Assembly (NCBI GenBank): GCA_040260805.1
Contig: JBDQPD010000035.1
Location: 1 to 33,041 of the forward strand
From: Myxococcota bacterium
Lineage (GTDB): Bacteria; Myxococcota; UBA4151
DNA length: 33,041 bases
Direction: 5' to 3'
Shown here piece by piece: positions 8,543 to 17,166 of this stretch. The position numbers and the translations under genes were made by a program. The notes below the pieces were generated by a model. The model was not told the DNA's origin, ran no database searches, and worked only from the letters and a program-made list of their open reading frames with translations. The first letter of the stretch is position 1. Each line of letters opens with the position of its first letter.

Positions 8543-9313
8543 CTATTCGTCGCAGCGAATCAAGACAGCGGTCACGTTGTCGTGTCCGCCGTGCGCATTG
8601 GCGAGGTCGATGAGGCGTCGACACGCAGCGTCGAGGTCCTCGATGTTTTGCTCGACAGCATCGAGAATCTGCTGGTCGGTAATCATGCCCGACAAGCCAT
8701 CCGAGCACAGCAGATAGATATCGCCGGTTCGTGGTTCGAGCGGTTGGATATCAACTTCAACGATGTCGCGCATGCCGAGCGCTCTGACGATCACGTTCTT
8801 GTGCGGAAAGGCTTCGATTTCTTCTGGTGTAAGCCGGTTCGTGCGCAGGTAATCGTTGAGCAAGGAGTGGTCAGAGGTCAGCTGGCTGATCTGACCTTCA
8901 CGGATCAAATAGCCTCGACTGTCCCCGACGTGTGCCATGTAGGCAGCGCGGGCGCTGACCAGGATCGCCACGACCGTGGTGCCCATACTCTCGCAGCCCT
9001 TGGTCGCTTGCGCTTTCTCGATGATGTGGAGGTTCGCGAGCTTGACAGATGTGCTCAGTCGGTTGGCTTCGTAGTTGAGCTTCTTATTTTCTTTGAAGGG
9101 CCAGGTCTTGTCCTGATCCGAGCTGGTCTCCATGTAAAAATCGCCGACGGTTTCGACAGCGATGGCTGAAGCCACTTCGCCGCTCGCGTGTCCGCCCATG
9201 CCGTCCGCCAAAACAAAAACATTATGCTCTGGATACAAAGCAAAGGCGTCTTCGTTGTGGGCTCGCTTTTTGCCGACATCGGTTCGGCCTGTTGCGGAGA
9301 TTTTCATGGTCAT
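8543..9313 (-). CDS. PP2C-family Ser/Thr protein phosphatase (Stp1/IreP, Pph1-like)
   Basis: TDVGKKRAHNED, VLADGMGGHASGEVAS, MGTT, AHVGDSRGY, LLCSDGLSGM, GGHDNVT; all metal-binding Asp residues are present. Confidence 0.95.
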   Translation of the reverse strand: MTMKISATGRTDVGKKRAHNEDAFALYPEHNVFVLADGMGGHASGEVASAIAVETVGDFYMETSSDQDKTWPFKENKKLNYEANRLSTSVKLANLHIIEKAQATKGCESMGTTVVAILVSARAAYMAHVGDSRGYLIREGQISQLTSDHSLLNDYLRTNRLTPEEIEAFPHKNVIVRALGMRDIVEVDIQPLEPRTGDIYLLCSDGLSGMITDQQILDAVEQNIEDLDAACRRLIDLANAHGGHDNVTAVLIRCDE

Positions 9314-9347
9314 AGGATTGTCAGATCCTCCGTGTAAAACCTTTGCG

Positions 9348-9701
9348 CTATGGGTCGCCGAGGGTCAACCGATCTCCGGTCACAAAGCCATAATGCTCAA
9401 TGCTACCTGCGGCTAACTCCACGGCTATGCCGCCGCGTTGACCTTTGGGGCCGAGCCGCCAGGGCCGTACGTTTGAAGCTAAGCTGATCACCTTGCCGGA
9501 GGATTCGAGCATGATCACGTCGATGGTCACGCGCATGCCGAAGGTGTGCACTCGATCGCATGGCTCGATCCACATCCCCTGATCTGCTGATAACTCTCGG
9601 TGCCCGAGCAGACCGATCAGACGCTGGATAAAGCGCCGGTTCGCGGTGACGCGGATGCCGGTGTCGAGTTCGCGATGAAGAAGGGGGTAGCCGACCGCCA
9701 A
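9348..9701 (-). CDS. DUF192 domain protein
   Basis: RLIGLLGHREL, GMWIEPCDRVHTFGMRVTIDVIML, VRPWR, VELAAG match the DUF192 pattern. TTG start 3 nt after the upstream stop. Confidence 0.85.
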   Translation of the reverse strand: MAVGYPLLHRELDTGIRVTANRRFIQRLIGLLGHRELSADQGMWIEPCDRVHTFGMRVTIDVIMLESSGKVISLASNVRPWRLGPKGQRGGIAVELAAGSIEHYGFVTGDRLTLGDP

Positions 9702-9704
9702 CGA

Positions 9705-11390
9705 TTAGCCTTTGGGGTTTCGAGACATCGAGATCAAAAGCCCAGTACCCCAGAATCCGGCAAGCAAGATACCGACCAGCCCTAGGTAGCTAAAGGCGCT
9801 CGCAAAAGGTTGCGAGTCGACAGCGATCAAAATGGCGGAGGCGATGCTGAGGCCAGCAGTCACCACCGCTGACGCCATCCGGTTCGAACTCGTTGAGATC
9901 GCATCGATGAACTGTTTGCTGCGTCGCAGGTTGATGTCCAAGGGGAGGGCATCGTCGCCAAGACGACGTAAGGTGCGAAGCACTAGTTCGGGAGCTTCTC
10001 GGGTCAGATGGTATAGGTCCATCGAGGTGCCGAGCAGCTCGCGCTGCAGACGATTCGGATCAAGCCGCTGAGCGATTAGGGTGCCCATATAGCCGCGCAA
10101 GGTGCCCGCCACGTCGAACTCGGGGTCCAAGGTGTTGCCCATATGTTCGAGGGTCAAAACGCCTTTGAACAAGATCATCAGATCCTGGGGGAGCATGATG
10201 TTAGCCCGAGCTGCCGCCGCCGAACTTTCGAGTAGAATTTGACCGACGTTGACTTCGTTGAGCGGGCGTGTTCGCACGGGTGACCACAAGGTGCTGAGCT
10301 TCCGCCCGAACTGGGCAACCTGCATGGGCTGCTCAGGGTTTACCGCGCTCCCAATGTCCGCATACACTCGAGCCGCTCGGTGAAAGTCACCGTTGACCAA
10401 GCACAACAGCAAATCAGCGACTTGCTCTCGCGCTCGCTCATCGAGGCGACCGACGATCCCAAAGTCGATCAGCCCTAGGCGGCCGTCAGCAAAGACGAAG
10501 ACGTTACCGCTGTGAAGATCCCCATGGAAAACTCCATGCTTGAAAATTAGATCCAGGATCCGCAGCCCACCCTTGGTGGCGACTTCTTTCAGGTCACACG
10601 GTAGCGCTCGCACCGCCTCTTCATTCGAGAGCGGGACGCCCTCAAGGAACGACATCGTCAAAACGGACTCACCGGATAGGTGAGGGAACACCGTCGGGAT
10701 CACCATGAAGTCATCGTCTTGACGAGCGAAAAAGGCGGCGACTTCGCGCAGGCTGGCTGCCTCTTCTCTGAAATCAAGCTCACGGGTGATGGTCCGGAAA
10801 AACTCCTCGACCAGCCCAACGGGATTAAAGGCGCGGCTCTCCGGTATGTACTTCACCAGCGCATCGGCGAGTAAACTGAGCGCCCGAAGATCCTCATCGA
10901 CAATCGCTCGGATGCCAGGCCGACGAACCTTAACCACTACCTCAATGGGTTTACCCTCCTCGTCGAGGGTCGTTGCCCGATGAACCTGTCCGATCGATGC
11001 TGCAGCCAATGGCTCAATATCAAACGAGTCAAAGAGCTCTTCGGGGGGCGCACCGAGTGAAGCCGTCACCGCGGCGCGTACCTCATCGGCGCTGATCGGG
11101 CGCACGTTGTCTTGGAGCTCTTTGAACTCTTCGATGAACGCTGCATCGATCAGATCCGGACGCATGCTCAAGGTTTGACCCAGTTTGATATAGGTCGGAC
11201 CGAGCTCCTCTAAGGCTGCGCGCAGCCGCCTCGGCATGGGCGCATCACGGTATTCTTCGGCGACACCATCGCTGCGCTGGACGCCCAGCCGGCTAAGCGT
11301 CGGGCCGAAGCCATACTTGCCTAACACCGACACAACGCGCCGGACGGATGAGATCGAGCGCACTGCTCGTGTAAACGTGATCAAAGCCAT
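9705..11390 (-). CDS. AarF/UbiB/ABC1 family atypical kinase
   Basis: LEELGPTYIKLGQ (KxGQ), LQDNV, PLAAASIGQVHRA, VVVKVRRPGI, ELDF, FHGDLHSGN, LIDFGIVG, and two C-terminal TM helices. Confidence 0.93.
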   Translation of the reverse strand: MALITFTRAVRSISSVRRVVSVLGKYGFGPTLSRLGVQRSDGVAEEYRDAPMPRRLRAALEELGPTYIKLGQTLSMRPDLIDAAFIEEFKELQDNVRPISADEVRAAVTASLGAPPEELFDSFDIEPLAAASIGQVHRATTLDEEGKPIEVVVKVRRPGIRAIVDEDLRALSLLADALVKYIPESRAFNPVGLVEEFFRTITRELDFREEAASLREVAAFFARQDDDFMVIPTVFPHLSGESVLTMSFLEGVPLSNEEAVRALPCDLKEVATKGGLRILDLIFKHGVFHGDLHSGNVFVFADGRLGLIDFGIVGRLDERAREQVADLLLCLVNGDFHRAARVYADIGSAVNPEQPMQVAQFGRKLSTLWSPVRTRPLNEVNVGQILLESSAAAARANIMLPQDLMILFKGVLTLEHMGNTLDPEFDVAGTLRGYMGTLIAQRLDPNRLQRELLGTSMDLYHLTREAPELVLRTLRRLGDDALPLDINLRRSKQFIDAISTSSNRMASAVVTAGLSIASAILIAVDSQPFASAFSYLGLVGILLAGFWGTGLLISMSRNPKG

Positions 11391-11452
11391 AACGTAGGGA
11401 TCCTACGCTTGCGCGAGGCCCGCCGCAAAACTTTGCTGTTTGTTCTGCTCAG

Positions 11453-11899
11453 CTAGGAAAGTAGGTGCCCGATGGGGAACCCGCGCCGCGCCAGCCGCGC
11501 CAGCACTTTTTGTTTCGACTTTCGGCTGCCGTCAGTTTTGGCGATCCAGGCATCAAACAGCTCTTTGCTGCGTTTCGATTCAGCCTCTGAGTCGAGGAGT
11601 TCGAACCCCTCAAGCTGATCGACATCGATCCCCTGAGTGCGCAGCTTGAGCAGGATACGGCGCTTGCTCCAGCCACGCCGTGCGCCGCTACGCTGAGCCG
11701 CCTCGGCGCATCGCAGATCACTCTGCAGGCCGGCTTGTGTCAGACGATCAACGATCTCAATCGCCACCGAGCGATCAAGGGACCGTTTGCACATCTTAGT
11801 GATCAGCTCGTTGCGGCTATACTCACGTCTACCCAGCAGCCAAAGACAATAGTTTCGAGCCGCTTGCTCATCAGCGAGGGGCCGTGCGGGTCTACTCAC
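11453..11899 (-). CDS. recX: Regulatory protein RecX
   Basis: CLWLLGRREYSRNEL, GLQSDLRCAE, GWSKRRILLKLRTQGID, KVLARLARRGF. GTG 11899 overlaps the pilT stop region. Confidence 0.9.
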   Translation of the reverse strand: MSRPARPLADEQAARNYCLWLLGRREYSRNELITKMCKRSLDRSVAIEIVDRLTQAGLQSDLRCAEAAQRSGARRGWSKRRILLKLRTQGIDVDQLEGFELLDSEAESKRSKELFDAWIAKTDGSRKSKQKVLARLARRGFPIGHLLS

Positions 11900-13091
11900 C
11901 GAAGCGTTCAATCCCGTCGTCGAGCGGCGCAGGTTTTGCCTTGGGTTGATTTTGAGCCGCCTGCTGATCGGCATTGGGTTTGTCGTAATCCCCATCACTC
12001 GACCCGCTCACACCGCTGATTTTCAGGGCGAGGTCATCTGGCGAGTTCGCGTAGGCGAGGGCGGTGTCGTAGGTGATCTTACCGGCCTTGAGCAGCTTCG
12101 TCAGCGCTTGATCAAAGGTTTGCGTTCCGAGGGTGACATGAGTTTGTTCCATCGATTCAGGAATCTCATGGGACCGCTCTGGGTCTTGAATCAATTCTTT
12201 GATCCGAAGACTTGAGCGTAAGACCTCACAAGCTGCAATTCGTCCCACTCCGTCTTTGGTGGGGACGAGCCGCTGGCTGACAACACCCCTTAAAATCTGT
12301 GCGAGTTGGCGCCGGATATTCTCTTGTTGGTGAGGCGGGAAAACGCCGATCACGCGGTTGATCGTTTCGTGGGCACCATTGGTGTGTAGGGTCGACAGAA
12401 CGAGGTGACCGGTCTCGGCTGCTTTCATGGCGATCTCAACGGTCTCCATGTCGCGCATCTCACCGATAAGGATCACGTCGGGATCTTGCCTTAGCGCTGA
12501 GCGAAGGGCGCGGTTAAAACTGTTGGTGTCGGCGCCGAGTTCTCGCTGGATGATGCTCGCTCGTTTGTCTCGAAACGCGAACTCGACCGGATCCTCAATG
12601 GTCACGATGTTGACCGAGGCCGTCGAGTTGATGTGGTCGATCATGGCGGCGAGGGTGGTCGACTTACCGCTACCTGTTGCGCCTGTGACCAGCACCAAGC
12701 CGCGTTTTTCCTCGCAGATTTCGTGGAGCACTTCGGGCAGCTGCAATTCGACGACCGATCGGACCACCGAGGGCACGACACGCATGATCAAGCCGACGGC
12801 GCCGCGCTGGTGGTGTGCGTTGACACGAAAGCGCGCCACACCCGGGACTTGATAAGCAAAGTCCAGCTCGAGCTCCTTGAGGAAGAGCTCGAAGCGTTCT
12901 TTGCCAAGCATAGCGAGCGCCCAATTGCGCAGGAGCTCAGCGCTGAGGCTTGATTTGGTACCGAAGGGGGTCAAACCGCCACGCAGGCGGGCCTTCGGGG
13001 GGCTACCAGCCTTGAGGTGAACATCCGACGCTCCTGCTTCAGTTGCCATCTCCAACAGTTTGTCCAACGCATCCGAAGCATGCTGACTCAC
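11892..13091 (-). CDS. pilT: PilT/PilU-family type IV pilus retraction-type ATPase (PilT paralog)
   Basis: ASDVHLKAGSPP, Walker A GATGSGKST, Asp box TIEDPVE, ALRQDPDVILIGEMRD, His box GHLVLSTLHT. AIRNLIRE is replaced by RIKELIQD. Confidence 0.92.
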   Translation of the reverse strand: MSQHASDALDKLLEMATEAGASDVHLKAGSPPKARLRGGLTPFGTKSSLSAELLRNWALAMLGKERFELFLKELELDFAYQVPGVARFRVNAHHQRGAVGLIMRVVPSVVRSVVELQLPEVLHEICEEKRGLVLVTGATGSGKSTTLAAMIDHINSTASVNIVTIEDPVEFAFRDKRASIIQRELGADTNSFNRALRSALRQDPDVILIGEMRDMETVEIAMKAAETGHLVLSTLHTNGAHETINRVIGVFPPHQQENIRRQLAQILRGVVSQRLVPTKDGVGRIAACEVLRSSLRIKELIQDPERSHEIPESMEQTHVTLGTQTFDQALTKLLKAGKITYDTALAYANSPDDLALKISGVSGSSDGDYDKPNADQQAAQNQPKAKPAPLDDGIERFGE

Positions 13092-16000
13092 GACTCCGCC
13101 TCCTTATGCACGGTGGCATGGACCACTTGGTCAAAGCGGTCGATCAGGGCTGCAAAGCGCGCAGTGCGCTGCGCGATAGCCAGATCCCATGCTTGATCGG
13201 CTGCCTGTCGTTGTTCTTCCACCAGCTGCAAGATACGATCTTCCTGCGCTTGGATGGATGCTGCCCGATCTTTAAGTTCGGTCAGCTCGGATTCAAGTTT
13301 GGTGATATGACCCTGCTGCACATCGGCCGCCTGCGCCAAACGCTTTTGAAGGGTCAGCTCATGCTGTTGGTCGAGTTCATCTCGCTCTTGCACCCATGAG
13401 GTTCGAGCTTGACTGAGCTGCTCCTCGAGCTGGTCGACCGAGTTTTGCAGTCGCTCAGAACGGTCCGCATGCTCGGAGAGTTTTGCCTGCTGATCGCGGA
13501 CCTCCTCTTCGGCATTTTGCCGCTCGACATGAGCTTCAGCGAGCGCTTCTTGGGCGCCAGTCAAGGCTGACCGCAGCTCACTCTCGATCGCACGCGCTTG
13601 AGCGACTGTTTGAGCGTGATCCGCTAAACTCATGCTCGCCTCAGCATCCAACTGAGCGCCCTCTTGAAGCAGGTTTTTGTGGTCCTGCATCAGTTGTTCA
13701 ATTCGACTCTGCAGTCGGTCGCGCTCAGAGGTCATCTGCTGGTTGGCTTGGAGATGTCTCTGGTGCTCAGAGCGCTCGGCTTCGAGTTGCGTCTCAAGCG
13801 TCTCGACCTTGCGTTGCGCATTAGAAGCTCGCTCTTCGGCTTCTGCGAGCCGTTCTTCAAGCTCTCGTCGAGCGGCTTGGACTTGATCACTGCTGTCGCG
13901 TTGCGCCCGCTGCACCTGCGCTTCACTCTCATCCAAACGCTCGCTGTACTCATCCGCTCGCCCCTGTTGTTCACGGACTTGCTTTTCCAGCTCCGTAATC
14001 ACAGCCGCTTGCTCGGACTGGTTCGCTTCAAGTTCTGCACTCAGCGCTTCAAATGGGGTTAGCCGATCAATCTCGGTGCTGAGTGAGGTTCGGTCTGCGC
14101 GCAGCGCTTGGACCTCTTCTTTGAGCCCTTTCGCGCCATCGAGCTGCGCGCTTTGCTTTTCATGACGAATCCGCAGACTGCTCAGCTCGCCCTCGAGCCG
14201 CTCACGGTCTTGATCGACCTGGCTGATCCGCTGTTGAAGCTCGACCACTCGATCCGAGGGTTCGAGTTTCCGCGCAAGTTGGCTGGCACGAAGGCGTTGG
14301 TTTTCGAGCTCGAGATTACGCTGGGCTTGCTCACGAGCTGCGACTTCAGCGCCTTGTTGATTAAGCGCTTCAAGCGTCGCTTGGTAGCGCTGTTCGAGTT
14401 TATCGAGCTGAGCCTGAAGCGTATCCACCTCAACGTCTTGAGGTACTTCAGTGAGCGCCTTTTCGCTCGCTTCGAGCTGCTGTCGAAGGCTCCCTGTGAC
14501 CTTCTTCTCTTCACTCAGGTCGCTCTTTAGCTTCTCGTAGCGCTCGTGCGTTTGCGCGATGACTTGAACTTGGTCCTGTGTCTCACGCTCGAGCAGATCC
14601 ACACGGGCGGCTAGGTTGCTGACCGCTTCAGCCAACTCAATGCTGCGTTCTTTGAGCAGCGCCTCGCGCGCTTGCGCTTCACCGAACGCCTCGCTTTTTT
14701 CGTCGGCGTCAGCCTGACTTTTAGCGGCTTGGTCTCTCGCCTCATTGAAGCGCTCCTTGAGGAGCTTTGCGTCTTCTTCGAACTCGGCGAGGCGTGGCCG
14801 CAACAGCTCAAGATCAGCAACTTTGGCGGCGAAAGACTTCGCCTCCGCATGACTCTTTTTCAGTTCAGCTTGCAGCGCAACGCAACGGTCATCGAGCGTT
14901 TCTTGAGCACCCAAAGCCTCTGAAAGCTGAGCTTTGAGATGCTTGAGTAGCTCCGTCTCGTGAGCCCCTTTGGAGTTTTGAGCCGCCGACTCGAGTCGGT
15001 CCTGAGCCTCTTTGAGTAAGCCTTCGCTTTGTCGATGTTGCGCTTGAACCCGCCGAAGTTGACCCAACGTCTCCGCATGTTCTCGCCGGTGTTGCGTGAC
15101 TCGTCGGGTCAACGCATGAGCTTGAGCCGCCATCTCTTGATGCTCAACGCGCAGGGCTACCAGGTCCCGAGCTCTCGGATCGGCAGCTCGCTGCGCTCGC
15201 TCTTGGATCAGCAGCTGCTCGAGGTTTTCTTGCTCTTCTTGAAGCCTGAGCGAGAGCTTCAGGAATTCGTCAGCGCGCTCTTTCCACCGGGCAGCTTCAG
15301 CTTGATGAGTCTGGGCTTCAGCTCGGGCGCTCGTGGTGTCCTGACGCTGCGCGGTGAGCGCCTGGTCTTGCTCGTCATGACGCTCTGCGAGCGCTTGGTG
15401 CTGGTCCTCAAGCTCAAGGGACGCAGCCAACAGCCCTTCGGTCCTTTGTTGCCAGCGTTCGATCTCGGATTGCAGGTGGGCGTGAACGTTTGCGGCGCTG
15501 CCCAGCTGATCATCGCCTTGCGCCAGCTCCGAACGGAGCTTGGTTTCGAGGGCTTTGAGCGTCTTGACCTCTGCCTTGAGCCCATCTCGGTCGCGGAGCA
15601 AGCGCTTGACGCGCCGTTGGTCCGCTTCGCGTTCTCGAGTCGCCTCGATGAGCTCCGTTTGGAGGGCTTCAAGTCGTTGTTCCACGCGATTTAAGCTGAG
15701 GTTGGCGTCTCGCCGAGTCGCAGCGCGTTGCTCACTCAAGCTAGCGACGACTTGCCCGACTCGATCACTGAGCAGATCAAAGCTGAGCGTGGAGATCCTA
15801 TTTGGTAGCTCGTCCGGTGGGCTTCGGAAGCCTGCGACGAGGTGATAGATCGGGGGCTCACTGGCCAGGTCTGCGATCCGGCCATCAAACTCAATGGCGC
15901 GATCTTCGCCAGTACCCGTCACCAGATAACCCAGCAGGGGAACCTGCGCGATCGCGGTGACGTAGTCGAAGCGTTGCTCGAGCGCACTGACGACCTCTGC

Positions 16001-16423
16001 ATAGTCGAGTCGCTCGGTAGGATGGCAGTGTGCCAGCATATCGACGCCGACATGCTCTCCGTCGGCAGGCAAAATTCCGACCACGCGGCCATCGCTCGAC
16101 AACAAGCGGTCAAAGTCAACGACTAGATCAGGCTCGGCTGCTAAACGGGCGCCGAAATCTTGAATGATCATCAGGTCATGACGACCGCTCGGTACGGCGC
16201 TCAAGCCATCTGGCTCGAGGTAGACATCAGCTCGCAGGCTAGTAGGGATACGGGACCCCACCACGCTGACTCGAGTTGCGCCGAGGCGATGCAGCCACTC
16301 GACGGATTCTTCAGCGGCTGCTCCGACCCACAAGACACGGGCGCCGCGAATCCAAGGCTCCATGGCGAGAAGCCGAGGCGCCTCTTCGCTTGAACGTCCG
16401 TGATGTGGATCCAGATCAGCCAT
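13088..16423 (-). CDS. Large protein: degenerate class I methyltransferase-like N-terminal domain plus about 850 aa of coiled coil
   Basis: N-terminus GARVLWVGAA...GRHDLMII...FDRLLSSDGRVV has the order of SAM-MTase motifs. The rest is E/Q/A/L/R-rich heptad sequence. GAGG RBS before ATG 16423; the stop overlaps the pilT GTG. Confidence 0.75.
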   Translation of the reverse strand: MADLDPHHGRSSEEAPRLLAMEPWIRGARVLWVGAAAEESVEWLHRLGATRVSVVGSRIPTSLRADVYLEPDGLSAVPSGRHDLMIIQDFGARLAAEPDLVVDFDRLLSSDGRVVGILPADGEHVGVDMLAHCHPTERLDYAEVVSALEQRFDYVTAIAQVPLLGYLVTGTGEDRAIEFDGRIADLASEPPIYHLVAGFRSPPDELPNRISTLSFDLLSDRVGQVVASLSEQRAATRRDANLSLNRVEQRLEALQTELIEATREREADQRRVKRLLRDRDGLKAEVKTLKALETKLRSELAQGDDQLGSAANVHAHLQSEIERWQQRTEGLLAASLELEDQHQALAERHDEQDQALTAQRQDTTSARAEAQTHQAEAARWKERADEFLKLSLRLQEEQENLEQLLIQERAQRAADPRARDLVALRVEHQEMAAQAHALTRRVTQHRREHAETLGQLRRVQAQHRQSEGLLKEAQDRLESAAQNSKGAHETELLKHLKAQLSEALGAQETLDDRCVALQAELKKSHAEAKSFAAKVADLELLRPRLAEFEEDAKLLKERFNEARDQAAKSQADADEKSEAFGEAQAREALLKERSIELAEAVSNLAARVDLLERETQDQVQVIAQTHERYEKLKSDLSEEKKVTGSLRQQLEASEKALTEVPQDVEVDTLQAQLDKLEQRYQATLEALNQQGAEVAAREQAQRNLELENQRLRASQLARKLEPSDRVVELQQRISQVDQDRERLEGELSSLRIRHEKQSAQLDGAKGLKEEVQALRADRTSLSTEIDRLTPFEALSAELEANQSEQAAVITELEKQVREQQGRADEYSERLDESEAQVQRAQRDSSDQVQAARRELEERLAEAEERASNAQRKVETLETQLEAERSEHQRHLQANQQMTSERDRLQSRIEQLMQDHKNLLQEGAQLDAEASMSLADHAQTVAQARAIESELRSALTGAQEALAEAHVERQNAEEEVRDQQAKLSEHADRSERLQNSVDQLEEQLSQARTSWVQERDELDQQHELTLQKRLAQAADVQQGHITKLESELTELKDRAASIQAQEDRILQLVEEQRQAADQAWDLAIAQRTARFAALIDRFDQVVHATVHKEAES

Positions 16424-16542
16424 TAATTCCTCGTTATGCACGCAGAAAGGTGCACTGAACGCCCGTCTCCTGTACAGTGCAGATATCAGAGCGAAAACCA
16501 TGGCTTTGCTGTGTTGTGTCCACGCAAGTTTCGGGAGGATCG

Positions 16543-17166
16543 ATGAGCACGGGCTGGAACCTCATTAGCGGTCTATTTTTGATGGCTCTTTTGGTGGGCT
16601 GTCCCACTCGAGATCCCTACGCGGTCAATGCAAATTGTCCTTCGGATGCCCCGTGTTTTCTGTCGGTTTTGGCTCCTCGTGGTCAAACCGCTGCGCCGGG
16701 ACCGTACAATCTGGTCGTTGAAGTCACTGGACCGCACCGGATCGAAGGCGTCGGCTTGGTGATGTCGATCAATGGGGCGGCCAGCCTGCAGCTGAACCTA
16801 GCGAGAATGACGAGCGGTAACGGTTTGTGGGGAGTTCCCGACCTTGAATCCGATTCGATCGTACCAGCAGATGCCATCGAAACGACGAAGGCGCTCGCCA
16901 GACTTCAGCCGGGTGATTCAGTGAGCTTTATCCTTTGGGCTTGGGACCAGATGGGCAACCAAACCGAATGGACAGGTGACGGTCGCAGTGACACGGGGTC
17001 GATCACCTTTGAGATCGTCGACAGCCTAGCCGGCAGCCAGCTGCCAGACGCTGGTCCTGCGACGGATGCTCCGGCGCCCGCTTCGGATGCGGCTCTTGGC
17101 GTCGGTGACGCCGGTGCTGAAACCAGCGTTGACGCCACGAGCACGCCGACGGTTGACGCCGGCTAG
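16543..17166 (+). CDS. Hypothetical lipoprotein (Ig-like beta domain plus acidic DAG-rich tail)
   Basis: GGAGG at 16534-16538, lipobox LLVGC, beta-rich core, and low-complexity tail PDAGPATDAPAPASDAALGVGDAG...VDAG. Confidence 0.7.
   Translation: MSTGWNLISGLFLMALLVGCPTRDPYAVNANCPSDAPCFLSVLAPRGQTAAPGPYNLVVEVTGPHRIEGVGLVMSINGAASLQLNLARMTSGNGLWGVPDLESDSIVPADAIETTKALARLQPGDSVSFILWAWDQMGNQTEWTGDGRSDTGSITFEIVDSLAGSQLPDAGPATDAPAPASDAALGVGDAGAETSVDATSTPTVDAG

Noticed and set aside
8477..9169. 230-aa plus-strand ORF, and similar long antisense ORFs (15029-15694, 18876-19535, 23801-24358, 30690-31445)
   Set aside because: They lie opposite well-supported genes and have no motifs; such shadows are expected in GC-rich coding DNA.
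13088..16423. SMC/SbcC/Wadjet-like ATPase or phage tape-measure protein
   Set aside because: It has no Walker A/B, signature motif or hinge, and there are no partner or phage genes.
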